A stretch of 64,000 nucleotides of DNA from Eledone cirrhosa (GCA_964016885.1 OZ024743.1:260958001-261022000), one strand, 5' to 3'. Numbered from the stretch's first letter, positions 40,546 through 55,837 are shown. Notes: a model not told the origin generated them from the letters alone. Numbers and translations are program-made.

Positions 40546-41210
40546 CAAGACCAAGGTGGTGAGAACAGCCAACAACACAGGTCCAGCAATCAGAGTCAAC
40601 CACCAACAAGACCTGGGGGAAGTCGATCACTTCACCTATCTGGGCAGCATCCTGGCAAGCAATGGCGACGCAGAGCTCGACATCAACTGTCTGATCGGCA
40701 AAGGAGCCACTGTTTTCCACCGGTTGCGCTAAGTCTGGTCGTCTTCATGCATCAGCACCAGGAACAAGCTACGCCCGTACAAGACCATCGTGCTGCCGAC
40801 AGTGCTTTACGCGAGCGAAACCTGGAAGAGCATGGCAAAGATAGAGAGACGGCTGAACGCTTTCCACAAGCGGTGCCTGCAAATGGTCCTTCGTGTGTCC
40901 TGGCGCGACCGAGTGCGAAATGAGGAAATTCTACGGAGAGCCGAGTCGTGGACGCTACAGAGGATGATCGCGGAGCGCCGGTACCGTCTGGCTGGCCATA
41001 TTCTGGCCTACCCGACGAACGACACTCAAAAACAGTGATGAACTGCACTCCACTTGGTGACAAACGGAGACGGGGTTCCCCAAGGATCACCTGGCAACGA
41101 TGGCAGCCAACATCACTTCGCACGAACGCGAAAAACCCGCTGTTGATCGTGACCGTTGGCGAGTACTCACTGCTCGATGTGTTTAGCGGCGCGGAAAAAT
41201 CTAAGACGAA
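40543..41210 (+). mobile_element. RTE-clade LINE, 3' fragment (RT thumb region), in (TG)n
   Basis: KTKVV, EVDHFTYLGS, LPTVLYASETW, RLNAFHKRCL, VSWRDRVRNEEIL, RLAGHIL; stop and frameshift present. Confidence 0.9.
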
Positions 41211-41257
41211 GATATACATGAATACACACACATAGTCAGAGAGAGAGGGAGCGGAGA

Positions 41258-41345
<88 letters not shown>

Positions 41346-41668
41346 AACTGAGCTTGTGACAGAGATGACAGTGAAAGCGGGGTGACTAAAATGAATCAAG
41401 AAATTTTCTGGGTAAATCAAGTGAGAAGCACGTCTTGTCTTTTGATGATACAAAAGTGATTAAGTGAGGATTGTGTGGAGGATGTTACGGGTGAAGTGGG
41501 TGTTGTTGTGGTGGTCTGATAGGGTTAAAATTAATTAAATGCTGCTTAGTGAAATACCCCCAATAAACTGGCAAAGGTTTTAAAGTTGGTTTGTACAACA
41601 TTGAAAAAATAAATTGATAAGGAGGTAAATGATGGGTAAAGCTTCTAAGTGTCTTGCATGCACATATA

Positions 41669-41702
<34 letters not shown>

Positions 41703-41735
41703 AACATGTATATGCCCTATAAATATGATATATGC

Positions 41736-41773
<38 letters not shown>

Positions 41774-41779
<6 letters not shown>

Positions 41780-42443
41780 TAGCGAGAATCGTATTTCGGC
41801 TTAGGAATTAACGAAAAACAACTTCCGAGATGTGTGGCAAGCGCTCGATGATTCAGATGAACCAGAGCTACAACATACGTTAAAGGCCAAACACACTGAG
41901 ACGATGGTTAAACAAACATCCGCACAGCCAAAGAAACGACCAAGTAATTCGGGTCAAACAAATAAAAATATATGTGATTGAAAATTTACCCGGACCCCTG
42001 GATGGTTGGTAAAATCCAGCATTTGGGTTTCTGCGACTCCTAAATCAAGTACTGTCCGCTTATATAAATAATGTTAGGCTTCTGGTAAGATGATTGAACA
42101 AGGAAGCCACTTTATCAACAGGTTTTAGTTCAATTGCTAATTTAAGGAATGACTGTTACTGACCCCACGTGGAGTTCGGCAAGGGAGGCAACCCTTATTT
42201 TAGGCGAATGAATTCAGTTGTGTATATTATTGCAAGAATGTAAAACATCACAAATCGAATAAAGCTCTCAACAGAATGGTTAAAGTTAACATAAGCTATT
42301 CATCAGTCAATAGAATCAACTAAAAAAATCAAGAAAATTAACTGGTCATTAGCTAGACTCTGGAGATTAATACAAATATAAATTAGCGAGAATCGTATGT
42401 CGGCTTAGGAATTAACGAAAAACAACTTCCGAGATGTGTGGCA
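41774..42443 (-). mobile_element. Element with ~67-bp terminal direct repeat (pLTR-plus-tail-like), next to (TA)n
   Basis: ataaattagcgagaatcgta.tcggcttaggaattaacgaaaaacaacttccgagatgtgtggcaa at ~41774 and ~42378. Confidence 0.65.
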
Positions 42444-42549
42444 ATATGCGTGATATATACAATTGATTCTTACTTAACTTAGAAAAATGATTTTTTCTAA
42501 ATACACTATAATCACTCCGCCCTGGTCGTCGCCTCCCCAGTCACAGGCC

Positions 42550-42624
<75 letters not shown>

Positions 42625-42873
42625 ACTTTCAATGGCTATTGAAATATATATAGTGTTTCTGCAACAATAACACTTTAAAGTCACATCAACTGTCCGGCCT
42701 CCTGTTGTTTTAATCAAACTAATATTTAACTCCATTCCGGCACCAACCACATAATTAAACATCAGTGATGTACGAGTTGCCTAACGTTGAGTGTTTTTCC
42801 TACTATTACATCATGGTTAACTATACGGAATGACAAGCTCTATCCAGTAGTGAACCTCTAAACATAAATGAAT

Positions 42874-42958
<85 letters not shown>

Positions 42959-42999
42959 CCCTGAAGTGCTTTCCTGATGATTTGTCCCGAATGAAACAG

Positions 43000-43148
43000 T
43001 TCTAGTTGGTCGCAACTCCAGGCAGAAGAAGCAACGTGAAATAAAGTGTCTTTCTCCAGGACATAACGCATCGCCCGGTCCGGCAATTGAAAACACAACC
43101 TCAAGATTGTGAGTCCAATTCTCTAACCACTCAGTCACACGCCTTCAC
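43000..43148 (-). mobile_element. SINE 5' part (tRNA head + CORE-like domain)
   Basis: gaaggcgtgtgactgagtggttagag...gtcctggagaaagacactttatttcacgttgc. Confidence 0.7.
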
Positions 43149-43164
43149 TATTATGTTATATATT

Positions 43165-43344
<180 letters not shown>

Positions 43345-43375
43345 TGTGTGTCTGTGTCTGTGTGTGTCTGTGTGT

Positions 43376-43431
<56 letters not shown>

Positions 43432-44114
43432 GACCAGAGTTTCTCAAAACTGAATTGGTCCGTGGAATGCTAATTGCCTGTCCGCAGGGAGACTAAAGAA
43501 TTTTTTTTTAATCCGTGATTTTAAATAAATCATTTTAAAATTTTGAATAATTAAGATAATAATTTGTCAAAGTATATATTGAGTTAGAAACTCATTAAGG
43601 TCCATTACAATTTTAAATTACCTCAAGGAAAACATATTCCGGACCGTGTAATATAATTCAATATAAAGAGAGAAAAACACAGATATATGCACGTCTGTAT
43701 TCAGATTATAAGGGACCAAATATTTTCTAGGTTGAACAGTATACTAACTATAAACAAAACTGTCAGCCAAACTCAATTAAAAGAAAAAATTAAGAAAAAA
43801 CAAACCGTTTGTGATAACTATCGAGAACATCCAGACAGTCTTTGGTAAACTGTTACGCATTAATTAAAGGGTATTACCAATTCTTCTGTTCGTCAGTGGT
43901 GTAAGGAATTAGTAAACCCCTCAATTCTAGGTATCTTAGAAGACTAAATGAAACGTGCATTTAGAGTGACGAATACAGACGTGTATATATCTGTGTTCTT
44001 CTCTCTTTATTGAATTATATGATAATTTGTCATAATTTATTAATAATTACATTTTAAATTTTGTTTATAACTTATTTTAAGTAGGTTTCATTTTTATTAT
44101 TTTCATTGCTTTTA

Positions 44115-44322
44115 GGGCGATGGATTGGCAGTATCAGTAGAGTGTCATGGCATAGAGTTACGGCCCTTTACTTTCTGAGTTCAAATCCCACCGAGGTTAG
44201 TTTTGCCTTTCGTCCTTACGGCGTCGATAAAATAAAGTACCAGTAAAGCACTGGTTCGATTTAATCGACTTTCACCTCTCCTTTAAATTGCTGGCCTTGT
44301 ACATAAAGTAGAAACAATTATT
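44115..44322 (+). mobile_element. SINE family 1 nested in hAT
   Basis: Consensus match. Confidence 0.8.
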
Positions 44323-44944
44323 TGATTGTTTTTAAGTAATAATTACAATTATTATAAAAAGCGTTATTCGAGATTGTTAAATGCGGTTCCTTGGAAAAAT
44401 TTATAAATATCAAATATCCTCAAGACGATTCCCAAGATATATCAACTGACGAAGCTACACCAGTGCCTACAAAGAAACATTGTTCCAGCTTCATTTGGTA
44501 CCATGACTATTCATACATTTATTTCGGATTCATTTTTATGTACGGAGATAGCATGGAAAAACCTCAGTGTGTGATTTGTGGCGCTGTACTCAATAACGAT
44601 GGCATGAAACCCTCAAAGTTCAAGATGTATCTGAATAACAGACAGCATAAATTACTGATTTATCACACAGCTTCTGATGCACTGAAAGCTTCGTATTACC
44701 AAGGCTAATTAACCATTCACAATTGCTGAAACACTTGTGAATGGCTGTGTTAAAGATATCTGTCAAGAGATGCTAGGCAAAGTGGCTGCTATGAAAGTAT
44801 CTAAAGTTCAAAATGTTTCAAATGATACCATTACATGTAGAATGCATGATTTAGATGAAGATATGGAAGATCAGCTTAACACACAAATTAAATCTTCCAA
44901 GGTTTGTATGCGGTACAGATCGATGATAGTATTGATATTGCAAA

Positions 44945-45125
44945 TAATTGTTTCTACTTTAGACACAAGGCCAGCAATTACCCAGTGCATTACTGGTACT
45001 TTATTTTATCGACCCCGTAAGGATGAAAGGCAAAATCAACCTCGGCGGGATTTGAACTCAGATCGTAAAGGGACGTAACTATGCTGGAAAGCATGGCGTC
45101 CGACCCTCTACCGATACTGCCAATC
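44945..45125 (-). mobile_element. SINE family 1 nested in the hAT transposase, with TSD tgcaaataat
   Basis: tgcaaataat at ~44939 and ~45129. Confidence 0.85.
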
Positions 45126-46090
45126 AGGTGCAAATAATGCGACTCGGACTGTTTTTGTACGTTTTGAATACGAAGGCAATTTGAAGGCGGAGTACTTTTT
45201 TTCAGCTGTATTACCAACAAATAAACCTTGTATAGAATTGCTTATTAATGATTACGTAGTTGAAAAATACGGATTAGGTTTTCAAAACTGTGTCGGAATC
45301 TGTATGGAGCTGCAGCACTGATAGGGTGTCATTCTGGTGTGGTGACCTAAATTAAAGCGTTAGTACCGGGATGTAAATCAACACATTGTATCATTCACAG
45401 AGAACATTTAATCCATTGAATTGAATCCAGTGCTTAGTGAAGTTATAAAAAGTGTAAATAATGTGAAGAAAATCCATTAAATTCAAGATTATTGAAGCAC
45501 TGCTTACAGACACTGGTGCTGAGTATATACCACTTATGCTGGTTATCGGGGGGTAAAGTTCTCACTCGAGTGTTCGAACTGCAAAATGAACTCGCCCAAT
45601 TTATTCAAGACAAAAAAAGATCCACATTTGTCAAAACTGCTTAGAAGCTCTGAATACATGACAAAGATGTATCTAGCAGATATATTTGAACTATTGAATA
45701 CCCTTAATACTTCCATCCAGGGTAGAAAGGCGTCGTGTTTCACAATGGCAAAAAAGATTAATGGTGTGAAACGGAAACTCAAAATGTGGCAGTGCAACGT
45801 GTCAAAAGATTGTTTTGATATGTATCACAACTTATCCATAATTGTTACTAATACCAACTCGAATTACGAGACGTCCAACTCAAAGCGCATTATATTCGAA
45901 CAGGGTGGCTCTATTAGAACGGTTCTAATTTTACTATTTATCAGAGGAAGACCCAAGAAATGGTCGTGAATCAATCAGAAATCCTTTCTTGGTGTCAAAG
46001 GATAAGATCTGTGATATTGGGAAATCAATTGCTGGATCTTGCTGCTAACGGTAGCATGAAAATGATATTTGACTCTGCAGTATCATTAGA

Positions 46091-46264
46091 CTTTGAGAAA
46101 TTAGTCACCGCTCCCAGATGCACCTCGTGTACATTCAAAGATGCTGTCGAGATCGGGTTTAGGAGATCAGCAAAGTATTCTCTCCAGCTCGCCAGGATGC
46201 ACCTCTCTGGCGAGAGGAGAGCTCCAGACATGATCTTCATAGCAGGTGTGGAGGAGGGCTTCTT
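46091..46264 (-). mobile_element. Internal LINE fragment nested in the hAT transposase
   Basis: ILASWREYFADLLN motif (EN-RT linker); flanked by attaga duplication. Confidence 0.7.
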
Positions 46265-47387
46265 ATTAGAATGTTTCTGGATTCAGGTTAGAGCTGAGTA
46301 TCTTGAACTGGCTGAAATTGCTCTTAAAACAGTTCTTCCCTAACTATCTACATATTTATGTGAGACGGATTTCTCAACAATGAGTGTTATAAAAAATAAG
46401 TAGAGAAACCATTTGGACATTCGAACATCATTACGTGTTGCATTCTCTTCTATCGAGCCCAGACTTGATAAATTGATAAATAAAAAGAAAGATCATTTTT
46501 CACACTGACTCATGTCTTGTATATCTTATAAAATCTTAATAAGTAAGCCGTTGTCATTGCTAATAAATTTATTTAAATCCCAATTGTTGCCTGTTGTTGT
46601 TACTCGTTTCTGAGGCTGTGATGAAAACTTTTGTATTTTTCCTCTTTAACATTTCGTTTTTAGATTTCTTTGATAATTTTTAAAGCGTGTAAAGAACAGT
46701 TTAAAACTGTCTAAAACAAACCATTAAAAAATATTAAGATCATCTAACCATGTTATTTGCTTTTAAAATAAAAATTGTAATGAATTGTAATGCTTGAGGA
46801 ACGAAAGCAAGAGATGTTTACCTTCACGGTGTCGAGCTGAGAGGGTTTCGAATCGCCGCGGGAATTTTTCCCTCTGGGCGGAAGTCGAGATACATTTTCC
46901 TACGCTGGTAGCGATTGGCTGAACTGAGCCAAACAAAGCACGGAGAATGTATCCATGAGCCCTCGGAATGTAGGTCACTATTTTCAATTTTTTCATTTTT
47001 CAATTTTCATTCACCGGTCCATATGAATGAATCAGTTCTAGTCTTATTGAAGTCCTTTCTATATAAAATAAATGGATATATATATGCGTATATATGGTGT
47101 TGTTGTTGTTGTTTTGTTGTTTTTTTTTGTTGTTTTTTTGTCTCACAAACATCACTACCATTAGCCAGTTGTTAGTGGCAGTGTCTGTGTGTGTATATAG
47201 TAGTCTCCAGTAACCTTATATAGTGGGCCACTGAAACCATATCGCTTTCGTGAAGATGCTCCGGCCGGAATAAAGAAAAGGATATTCTCTGACGGCATCA
47301 GAAACATTCAACTAGAATATCGGCGAATATCTTTCTTTATTTCTACCGGAGCATCTTCTCCAACAAAGCCATAAGGTTTAATTACAT

Positions 47388-47583
47388 TAGAGAGTCGGAC
47401 ACCATGCTTTGCAGCATAGAGTTATGACCCTTTATGATCTGAGTTCAAATCCCACCGAAGTTAACTTTACCTTTCATCCATATGGGGTCGATAAAATAAA
47501 GTACCAGTCACGCACTGGGTCGATTTAATCGACTTTCGCCTCCCCAAAATTGCTGGCTTTGTGCCTATATAAGAAACCATTAT
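47388..47583 (+). mobile_element. SINE family 1
   Basis: Consensus match. Confidence 0.8.
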
Positions 47584-48557
47584 TTAATGATTCTGAGGAA
47601 TACAGTACAGAAGAATAAAATGCTATTTCCTTCTGTATTTGAAAGAAACGTTCGTAAATCTATTAAATAATGTAATTAAACCCTGGTTATTTTTTTATTA
47701 TTTATATACATATATGTATATATAATGGTTGCCCCCTCGTTATCGAGTATGGCCATTGCACGATATACCATTATTAATAATTATTAATTAATTCTATCGT
47801 GCAATGCCTGTGCGTGAAGATATTTGTTTAAAGTGAGGAAAGACTGTGCACTGAACTCAATCCAATTCTCTGAGCAACAATAGCAATAACCCGAAAGAAG
47901 AAAAGATCAACATCATCGGTAACTACTGAGCCGCAGGATTTATATCGGAATTTCCATAAGTTTCCTGAGTCTGCCTTTCTCCTAAGAATGCCTAAGCCCT
48001 GACAAGATCGGTCCTTCAATCCAGACTGTATAACCGCGCGGTACATGTTATATACACTATTTACACACTATTAGTGAGTTCTTCCGTCCCTGTAATAGGT
48101 TTTCGTTTTGTCTGCAGTTCCAAAATCACCCTTGTATACCCACCACCATATCATGTAACCTACTCATACCCCATACCACTACCCTGTACTTGTCTTGTAC
48201 TCACTAAACCACCCAACCCCACCAAATAATACACTAAATGATAAACAATATAATATATATAACAATAAATATCACTAAACATTACCAACACCATTAATTC
48301 TGTACACCCCAGTTTAATCAAACACTACAATTACCAATAACAATCACCTATTAACTCTATTACCATCAACTCCTAATCTCACTCAACCCACATTTACCAC
48401 TATTAATCAAAACTACAATAATATTACTTATACATCTAACAACTTACATTACCAATAAATCAATATACAAGTCTGTTATTGTTTTGAATCTACGCTATTT
48501 CTCTAATATAAATACCATGCCATGTGTGAATTCACACACCACACACCACACACCACA

Positions 48558-48588
<31 letters not shown>

Positions 48589-49530
48589 ACCACACACACA
48601 CACAAGTTAACAAGATAGTAATTATATAACCAAGAATAATTATATTTTAATATTTTAATATTTAATTATACTTTATATAGTAATAATTTATAACACTACA
48701 CCAATATTATAACAACCCTAACTTAATCACAACATTAATTACCTCCCTTTGCAATTAACTCCTATACAACTTCCTGTGTAAACTTATAAAATTAAGTAAC
48801 CTAACGTTTACCAACAGCTTAATAACGTTATACAAACCCACGAAAATATAATTTACAGATAAAAATGCATAAGAATAATATACCTACAATAAAAACAAGT
48901 GCCAGTAATTCGGAGGATTTACTTTAACAACCAAACACCTATTGACTATAACACGCTCAAAATAATCCCATGTTAATAGCTGTAGTAACAAACAACACAT
49001 GCACATAAATACGAACTCACCACAACAACACTTAAATGATAATCACATAACTCTCTCTCTAGTGCTTTACATTACAACTACATAAACAAAATACCTACAT
49101 TATCACCACATGCCTCTCTACAACATTGCACACTGTCATAAACAATTATAACAAATATTACATGCCTTAACACCACACAAAATATGTTTACTTCAACTGC
49201 ATTATAACACTTCCTCATACATGCTTATTGACTGTATTGACTCCTGCATTGTACACCAATTATCCTTGCTTATAACTTCTTTCCCTGTGTTTTTGTTTTG
49301 TTTTTTTGCTTGTGTTCTTTTTCTTTGCTTGTGATTTTTTTGCGTGTGCTTATTACTTTTACTTATACCTATACACTTCCAACCAGTGCTGCCTGTAAAT
49401 TGTGTTATTTCAAGCGGAACATCCTTTTACTCCTGAATCTCCACATGATGCCTTTGACACTAATAACAACTATGTACCCTAAATGTTCTAAATGACTAGG
49501 ATTTAGTTACACGTTTTCGACATTCCTTAT

Positions 49531-49573
49531 GCTCCGATGATTCCAGACTTCTCTGGAAGAAACAATTGTCAGC
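49531..49573 (+). ncRNA. Minimal type I hammerhead ribozyme
   Basis: gct-CCGATGA-ttccag(acttct)ctggaa-GAAA-caattg-TC-agc, followed by aataaa; ends a ~1.5-kb G-poor tract (probable PLE 3' region). Confidence 0.8.
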
Positions 49574-49792
49574 TAATAAATGTTCTAAACTAAAATTTGA
49601 TCGTTTTACACTTTGTATCTCGGCTCTGTAAAACACTTGAAAATTTGCATTGAGCCTTTTGTCATGCCGGTAACAGCTAGTACTTAGTACTACCCTACAT
49701 ATTTGTAGTTATATCAAACATATAAATATTAATATAAATATTACTATATATATATATATATATAATATCTATTTTATATATATTATATATAT

Positions 49793-49906
49793 ATAATAGG
49801 AACAGTATGAGGTCATACTTGTTCCTATTACCCACTTACTACACTAAGTATTGAGTACTTTGGTGCGTTATGGTCCATCTGGTTTCCTTACCACAATTCC
49901 TTCGTT
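49793..49906 (+). mobile_element. Fold-back PLE-type mini-insertion, family of 28708-28892
   Basis: taataggaacagtatga/tcatacttgttcctatta hairpin plus the same tail. Confidence 0.7.
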
Positions 49907-49909
49907 ATA

Positions 49910-49967
<58 letters not shown>

Positions 49968-49968
49968 A

Positions 49969-50908
<940 letters not shown>

Positions 50909-51296
50909 ATAACGACGTATTATCCTCGCTTTTTTCCGTTCATTACCAGGGAAAGTCTTCACGAACCAAAATATCGTCTTCCTGTTTTCCTGCAACGTTT
51001 CTCGAAATATTTAATTCTCCGTTCGCAGATTGAATTTATTAGTTTAAGAAGATCCCGTTAATGTTGAAAGCAGCGATTCTTTGCTTAAACTTTCTTTCTT
51101 TCTAAACCCCTCTCCATTATTTCTCATACCCTCTCTCTCTCTCTCTCTCTTTCTCTTTCTCTCTCACTCATACCCCCCTCTCTCTCTCTTCCTCTATAGA
51201 ATGGAAAACAATAAAGAACGCGCAGATCTCTCTCTCTCTCTCTGTCTTTATATATATGTGTTTGTGTGTGTGTGTGTGTGAACCAGCGTTCTTCGC

Positions 51297-51354
<58 letters not shown>

Positions 51355-51451
51355 CTAATTATCTTGTACCTCTCTCTGTATAACGACCTATCTCACTCTC
51401 TCTCTCTACATCTCCCTTTCTCTCTTTAGATGTATATGTATATGTGTGTGT

Positions 51452-51558
<107 letters not shown>

Positions 51559-52186
51559 GCAACATGTATGTAGTTTCATAGATTTTTTAGGGTAGTGAGA
51601 ATGAAAATATAAACAGAGCATATAAATAAATTTACAGTAGAATAATATAACAAATATGTTTTAAATCTCCTTATAATATATAACCAGCAATTTCTCTGTC
51701 TGTCTGTCCGACGCGTAGAGAGAGAGTGAGAGTGAAAGAAAGAGACAGACTACAAGAGGGGATAGCGGGAGGGAGAGAGAGAGACGCTGGAAGAGGGGAA
51801 GGAAAGCTATGTCTTGCTGTCTGCATTACGATACATATATACACACACACACACACTGAGCGCGTCATAATGACGTAATGCAGACAGCCAGACATACAGA
51901 CAGATATTATAAGGGCGCAACGTTATATCTATGTATCTATCTAAAAAGAAAGACTAAGAATTATATAGAGAGAACGCTAAATCGTCTAATGCTGTCCCTA
52001 GGGCATTGAACATTTGAAATAATTTTTGCTCAAAACACTCACAGGACCATAAGTATTACATGTCTAAAGTTTGAAAACAATCGGTTGGATGGTTCTCAAG
52101 TTTTAGTGAGCTGACAGACAGACAGACATTCTCTGTTTTAGATATATAGACTAGCAGAAAACCGCCCCCGGGTGGTTTTCTGCTAG

Positions 52187-52901
52187 TCTATATATATAAA
52201 ACTGAGGCTGTCTGTCTGTCTGTCTGTCTCTCTGTCTGTCTCTCTGTCTGTCTCTCTGTCTGTCTGTCTGCCTGTCTACTAAAACAGTCGGCACACATCT
52301 CCTCCTAAACCGTACGTTCAAATTTCGGTGAAATTGCTACACTTATAGATGAAGGTCCGGCGGAAACATCGGTCAAACAAATTTTCAAATCGACCCACGC
52401 CAAGTGCAAATATCGAATTTGTAATGTATTGATTTTTCAGTTCAAATGTATAAATAGAGATGAGAGACGAGTTATTTCCCTTTTATAGCGTCATTTGCTT
52501 ATCTCTTTATGTTACGTATAAACGACGCGGTGGACCGAGAAGAACAATTTCATGCAAAGACAAGACCAAGATTATGGTGTAAATGGAGTCGTTAGACTAA
52601 TATTCTATTTAAAATAACCGAATGATTTCCAGCCCCGGAGTTTAAGAATGATGTAAATAAAATTGTAAACGAAAATGACAGGTTATTAAAATAGTTGTTT
52701 CTACTTTTGGCACAAGGCCAGCAATTACCCACTACATTACTGGTACTTTATTTTATCTACCCCGTAAGGATGAAAGGCAAAGTTAACCTTGACGGGATTT
52801 TAACTTTGCCTTAACATAGTAAAAGTATATAGTGAAGATTTAGGCCAGTACATACGTATGCGCCGACGAACATACACATACATATACATACGCACACACA
52901 A

Positions 52902-52994
<93 letters not shown>

Positions 52995-53437
52995 TTGCGC
53001 GCGCGCGTGTGTGTGTGTGTAAACCTTATGCATTTCTACAGTATTTTCACCAAACTTAAGACAGGTTACTTATGTACTCCGGATGGTCATGGGCACTTTC
53101 ATTTTTCCAGATATTGATTATAGGGCCTCCCGGCAGATAACCCCCTTTAACCACTTCCTTGGAGTCGACTGAAGCACTGCAGTGCAATGCAACAAAACGT
53201 TATAACTTCTGAGTTCGCAACCGATTTTCAGAAAACTTGACACATGGGCTACGTTTGTTCTACAGATGAATGTGAACTCTCAGAATTGGCACATATTGAG
53301 TAGGGGACTTGGAAAAAGCCGATGATTTTGTAAAAGTATAGTTTTCGAAGCAGCATATTATAGTTTTCGAAGTATTGACATAAATGGTATACATAACTGC
53401 TATTTAATACCCGAGCAACGCCGAGTAACTCTGCTAG
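52187..53437 (+). mobile_element. Non-autonomous Helitron, both ends present
   Basis: 5' TCTATATATATAAAA, (ctgt)n, 3' cccgagcaacgccgag hairpin plus CTAG|T. Confidence 0.75.
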
Positions 53438-53811
53438 TATATACATAACTAACATTACAAATACCTCGGTAACACTACAAAGGATGATACAATGAAAGAT
53501 ATATTCCTTCAATGCTACAATATTAACGAAAATGTAAAGGAAGGAGTGAATAACGGAGCCAACACCAGAGCAAAAGACAGTAACGTCGTGAGTACTGGCC
53601 AACCTCTCTAATGATTTTTGAGGCAAGCCATCACACTCGCAGCGTTGCCTCGGGTGATGGCGAGGCTGATGCGCTGAAATATTGTTTTAAAAGACTTTTT
53701 AATGGAAATGAAGCAAAATGGAAGCTTAATGTTGAAACTTCGAACTCGTGAATTTTGCAGGTTAAAATTGTGTTGGCCCGAAAACTGTTCGCGTATTTTT
53801 GTACTTTTGCA

Positions 53812-54128
53812 CGTTTATTCGTAACGTAAATAGATAAACAAATGACGCCATAAAAGGGAAATAACTCGTCTCTCATCTCTATTTATACATTTGAACTGAA
53901 AAATCAATACATTACAAATTCGATTTTTGCACTTGGCGTGGGTCGATTTGAAAATTTTTTTTCCCGATGTTTCCGCCGGACCTTCATCTATAAGTCTAGC
54001 AATTTCACCGAAATTTGAACGTACGGTTTAGGAGAGATTGTGCCGACTGTTTTAGTAGACAGACAGACAACCTCAGTTTTATATATATGGACTAGCAGAA
54101 AACCACCCGGTGTGCGGTTTTCTGCTAG
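53812..54128 (-). mobile_element. Helitron 5' portion preceded by a palindromic 3'-end hairpin
   Basis: Inverted copy of 52151-52524. Confidence 0.7.
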
Positions 54129-55094
54129 CAAATCTAGTGTATATATTGATATTGTTGAGATTTGGATGAGAAATGTTTTCGGCACCACATGTTCACCGTC
54201 TCTCGGTGTGTCTTTTATGCATGTATAAATATATATGTTATCTATACGGTGAAATCTTTGAAATAAATATATGTTAAAACGAAAAAGGAGAAAATAAATA
54301 ACTGGTGGTTAGAAAAAAATATTCCTATGAAATTTTAATCATACCATTAGGTGTGAATAAGGAAATATTTTTTTTTCAAAAGTTAAACTTCAATTTTTTG
54401 AATTATTTCCAATTTTTTCATGAAATTGAACACTGGACATTGGCTGCTGGAAATGGAAATTAAATCGTATTTAATTGTATTTAAATTTCTAACCTTATTT
54501 TATTATTTATATTTTTTCAATAAGAAATTAAAAAAACAACAAAAAAATTGAAGAAAAAAATTGAACAAATCAAACGTAGGTTATGGAACTGCGCAATCTG
54601 ATTAATAAATTACCTCATCAGCAGCAACCTTCTTCAAATTGTCCTTATTATCATCAGCAACAACCACAAATTCAATGGCAACCTTCTTCAAACCACAAAT
54701 TCAATGGCAACCTTCTTCGCATGGTGTCAAGTCAGAACCGCCTCGAACTGGTTACTTCTGGCTTGTGCAAGGTGTCTCTATAGCAACCAGCGATTCCCTC
54801 GGCCTCAGTGACCAAAGTCAGTGGAGAGGGGAAGGTAATGTTTCTATAGCGACAGTGTTTCTCTTGGTAGTACCAAACTGGAGAAAGGAAGGGGAAGGTA
54901 ATATTTCGTAGCACGTGTTTTAGCGTCTATTCACTCTCTCTCTCCATCTCTCCCTCCCGCTATCCCCCTCTCGTAGTCTGTCTCTTTCTTTCACTCTCAC
55001 TCTCTCTCTCTACGCACGTGTTTCCACTGTCGGACAGACAGACAGAGAAATTGCTGGTTATATATATAAGTAGATATATATATATATATAATAT

Positions 55095-55203
<109 letters not shown>

Positions 55204-55238
55204 ATATATACATATATATATTATGTATATATATATAT

Positions 55239-55327
<89 letters not shown>

Positions 55328-55506
55328 GTAACCCGAATTTTCCTGGTCGTTTTTTCGGCTGTGCGAATGATTTTAAGCATTGTCTCAATGTGTTGGTATT
55401 TAAACGTTAGTTATAGCTCTGGTTTATCCAAACTATTGAGCTCTTTGCCACGCATTTCGAAGATTGTGTTTCGTTATTTCGTGGGCCGAGATTCCGATTC
55501 TCGATA

Positions 55507-55570
<64 letters not shown>

Positions 55571-55573
<3 letters not shown>

Positions 55574-55772
55574 CAATCGTCTGGTTGTGGAACCAACCAA
55601 CCAACCCAAAATTTATAAATTCCTAAATTGATAAATTTAATTTATAATAAATTGAAGTGAAACAACTGGTGCGTGTGTTTCTTATTGGCAACATGACCCT
55701 CCCAAAGCATAACAATATCGGTTTCAACACACGTTTTCAGATAAAGAATCTTGCTAAACAAATTCAGAAATG

Positions 55773-55776
<4 letters not shown>
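55571..55776 (+). mobile_element. pLTR 3' fragment of the 6525-8582 PLE family, in (TA)n
   Basis: Reverse complement of ~6525-6735. Confidence 0.8.

Positions 55777-55837
<61 letters not shown>

Larger units (their letters stand above)
44391..46507 (+). pseudogene. Buster/ZBED5-like hAT transposase pseudogene
   Basis: KPQCVIC..L.N..MKPSK (BED finger), ALKASY, SNDTI, THCIIHRE, YLADIF..LN.LN.S.QG, FW....EY.EL...A, YLCET.FS, IEPRLD; many stops and frameshifts. Confidence 0.85.
43435..46800 (+). mobile_element. Decayed hAT (Buster/Charlie-type) transposon
   Basis: 5' TIR cagagtttctcaaa; transposase remnants; right end uncertain; several nested insertions. Confidence 0.75.

Noticed and set aside
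47828-48046. 72-aa ORF as a host exon
   Set aside because: No recognisable motif or splice support; lies among repeat-derived sequence
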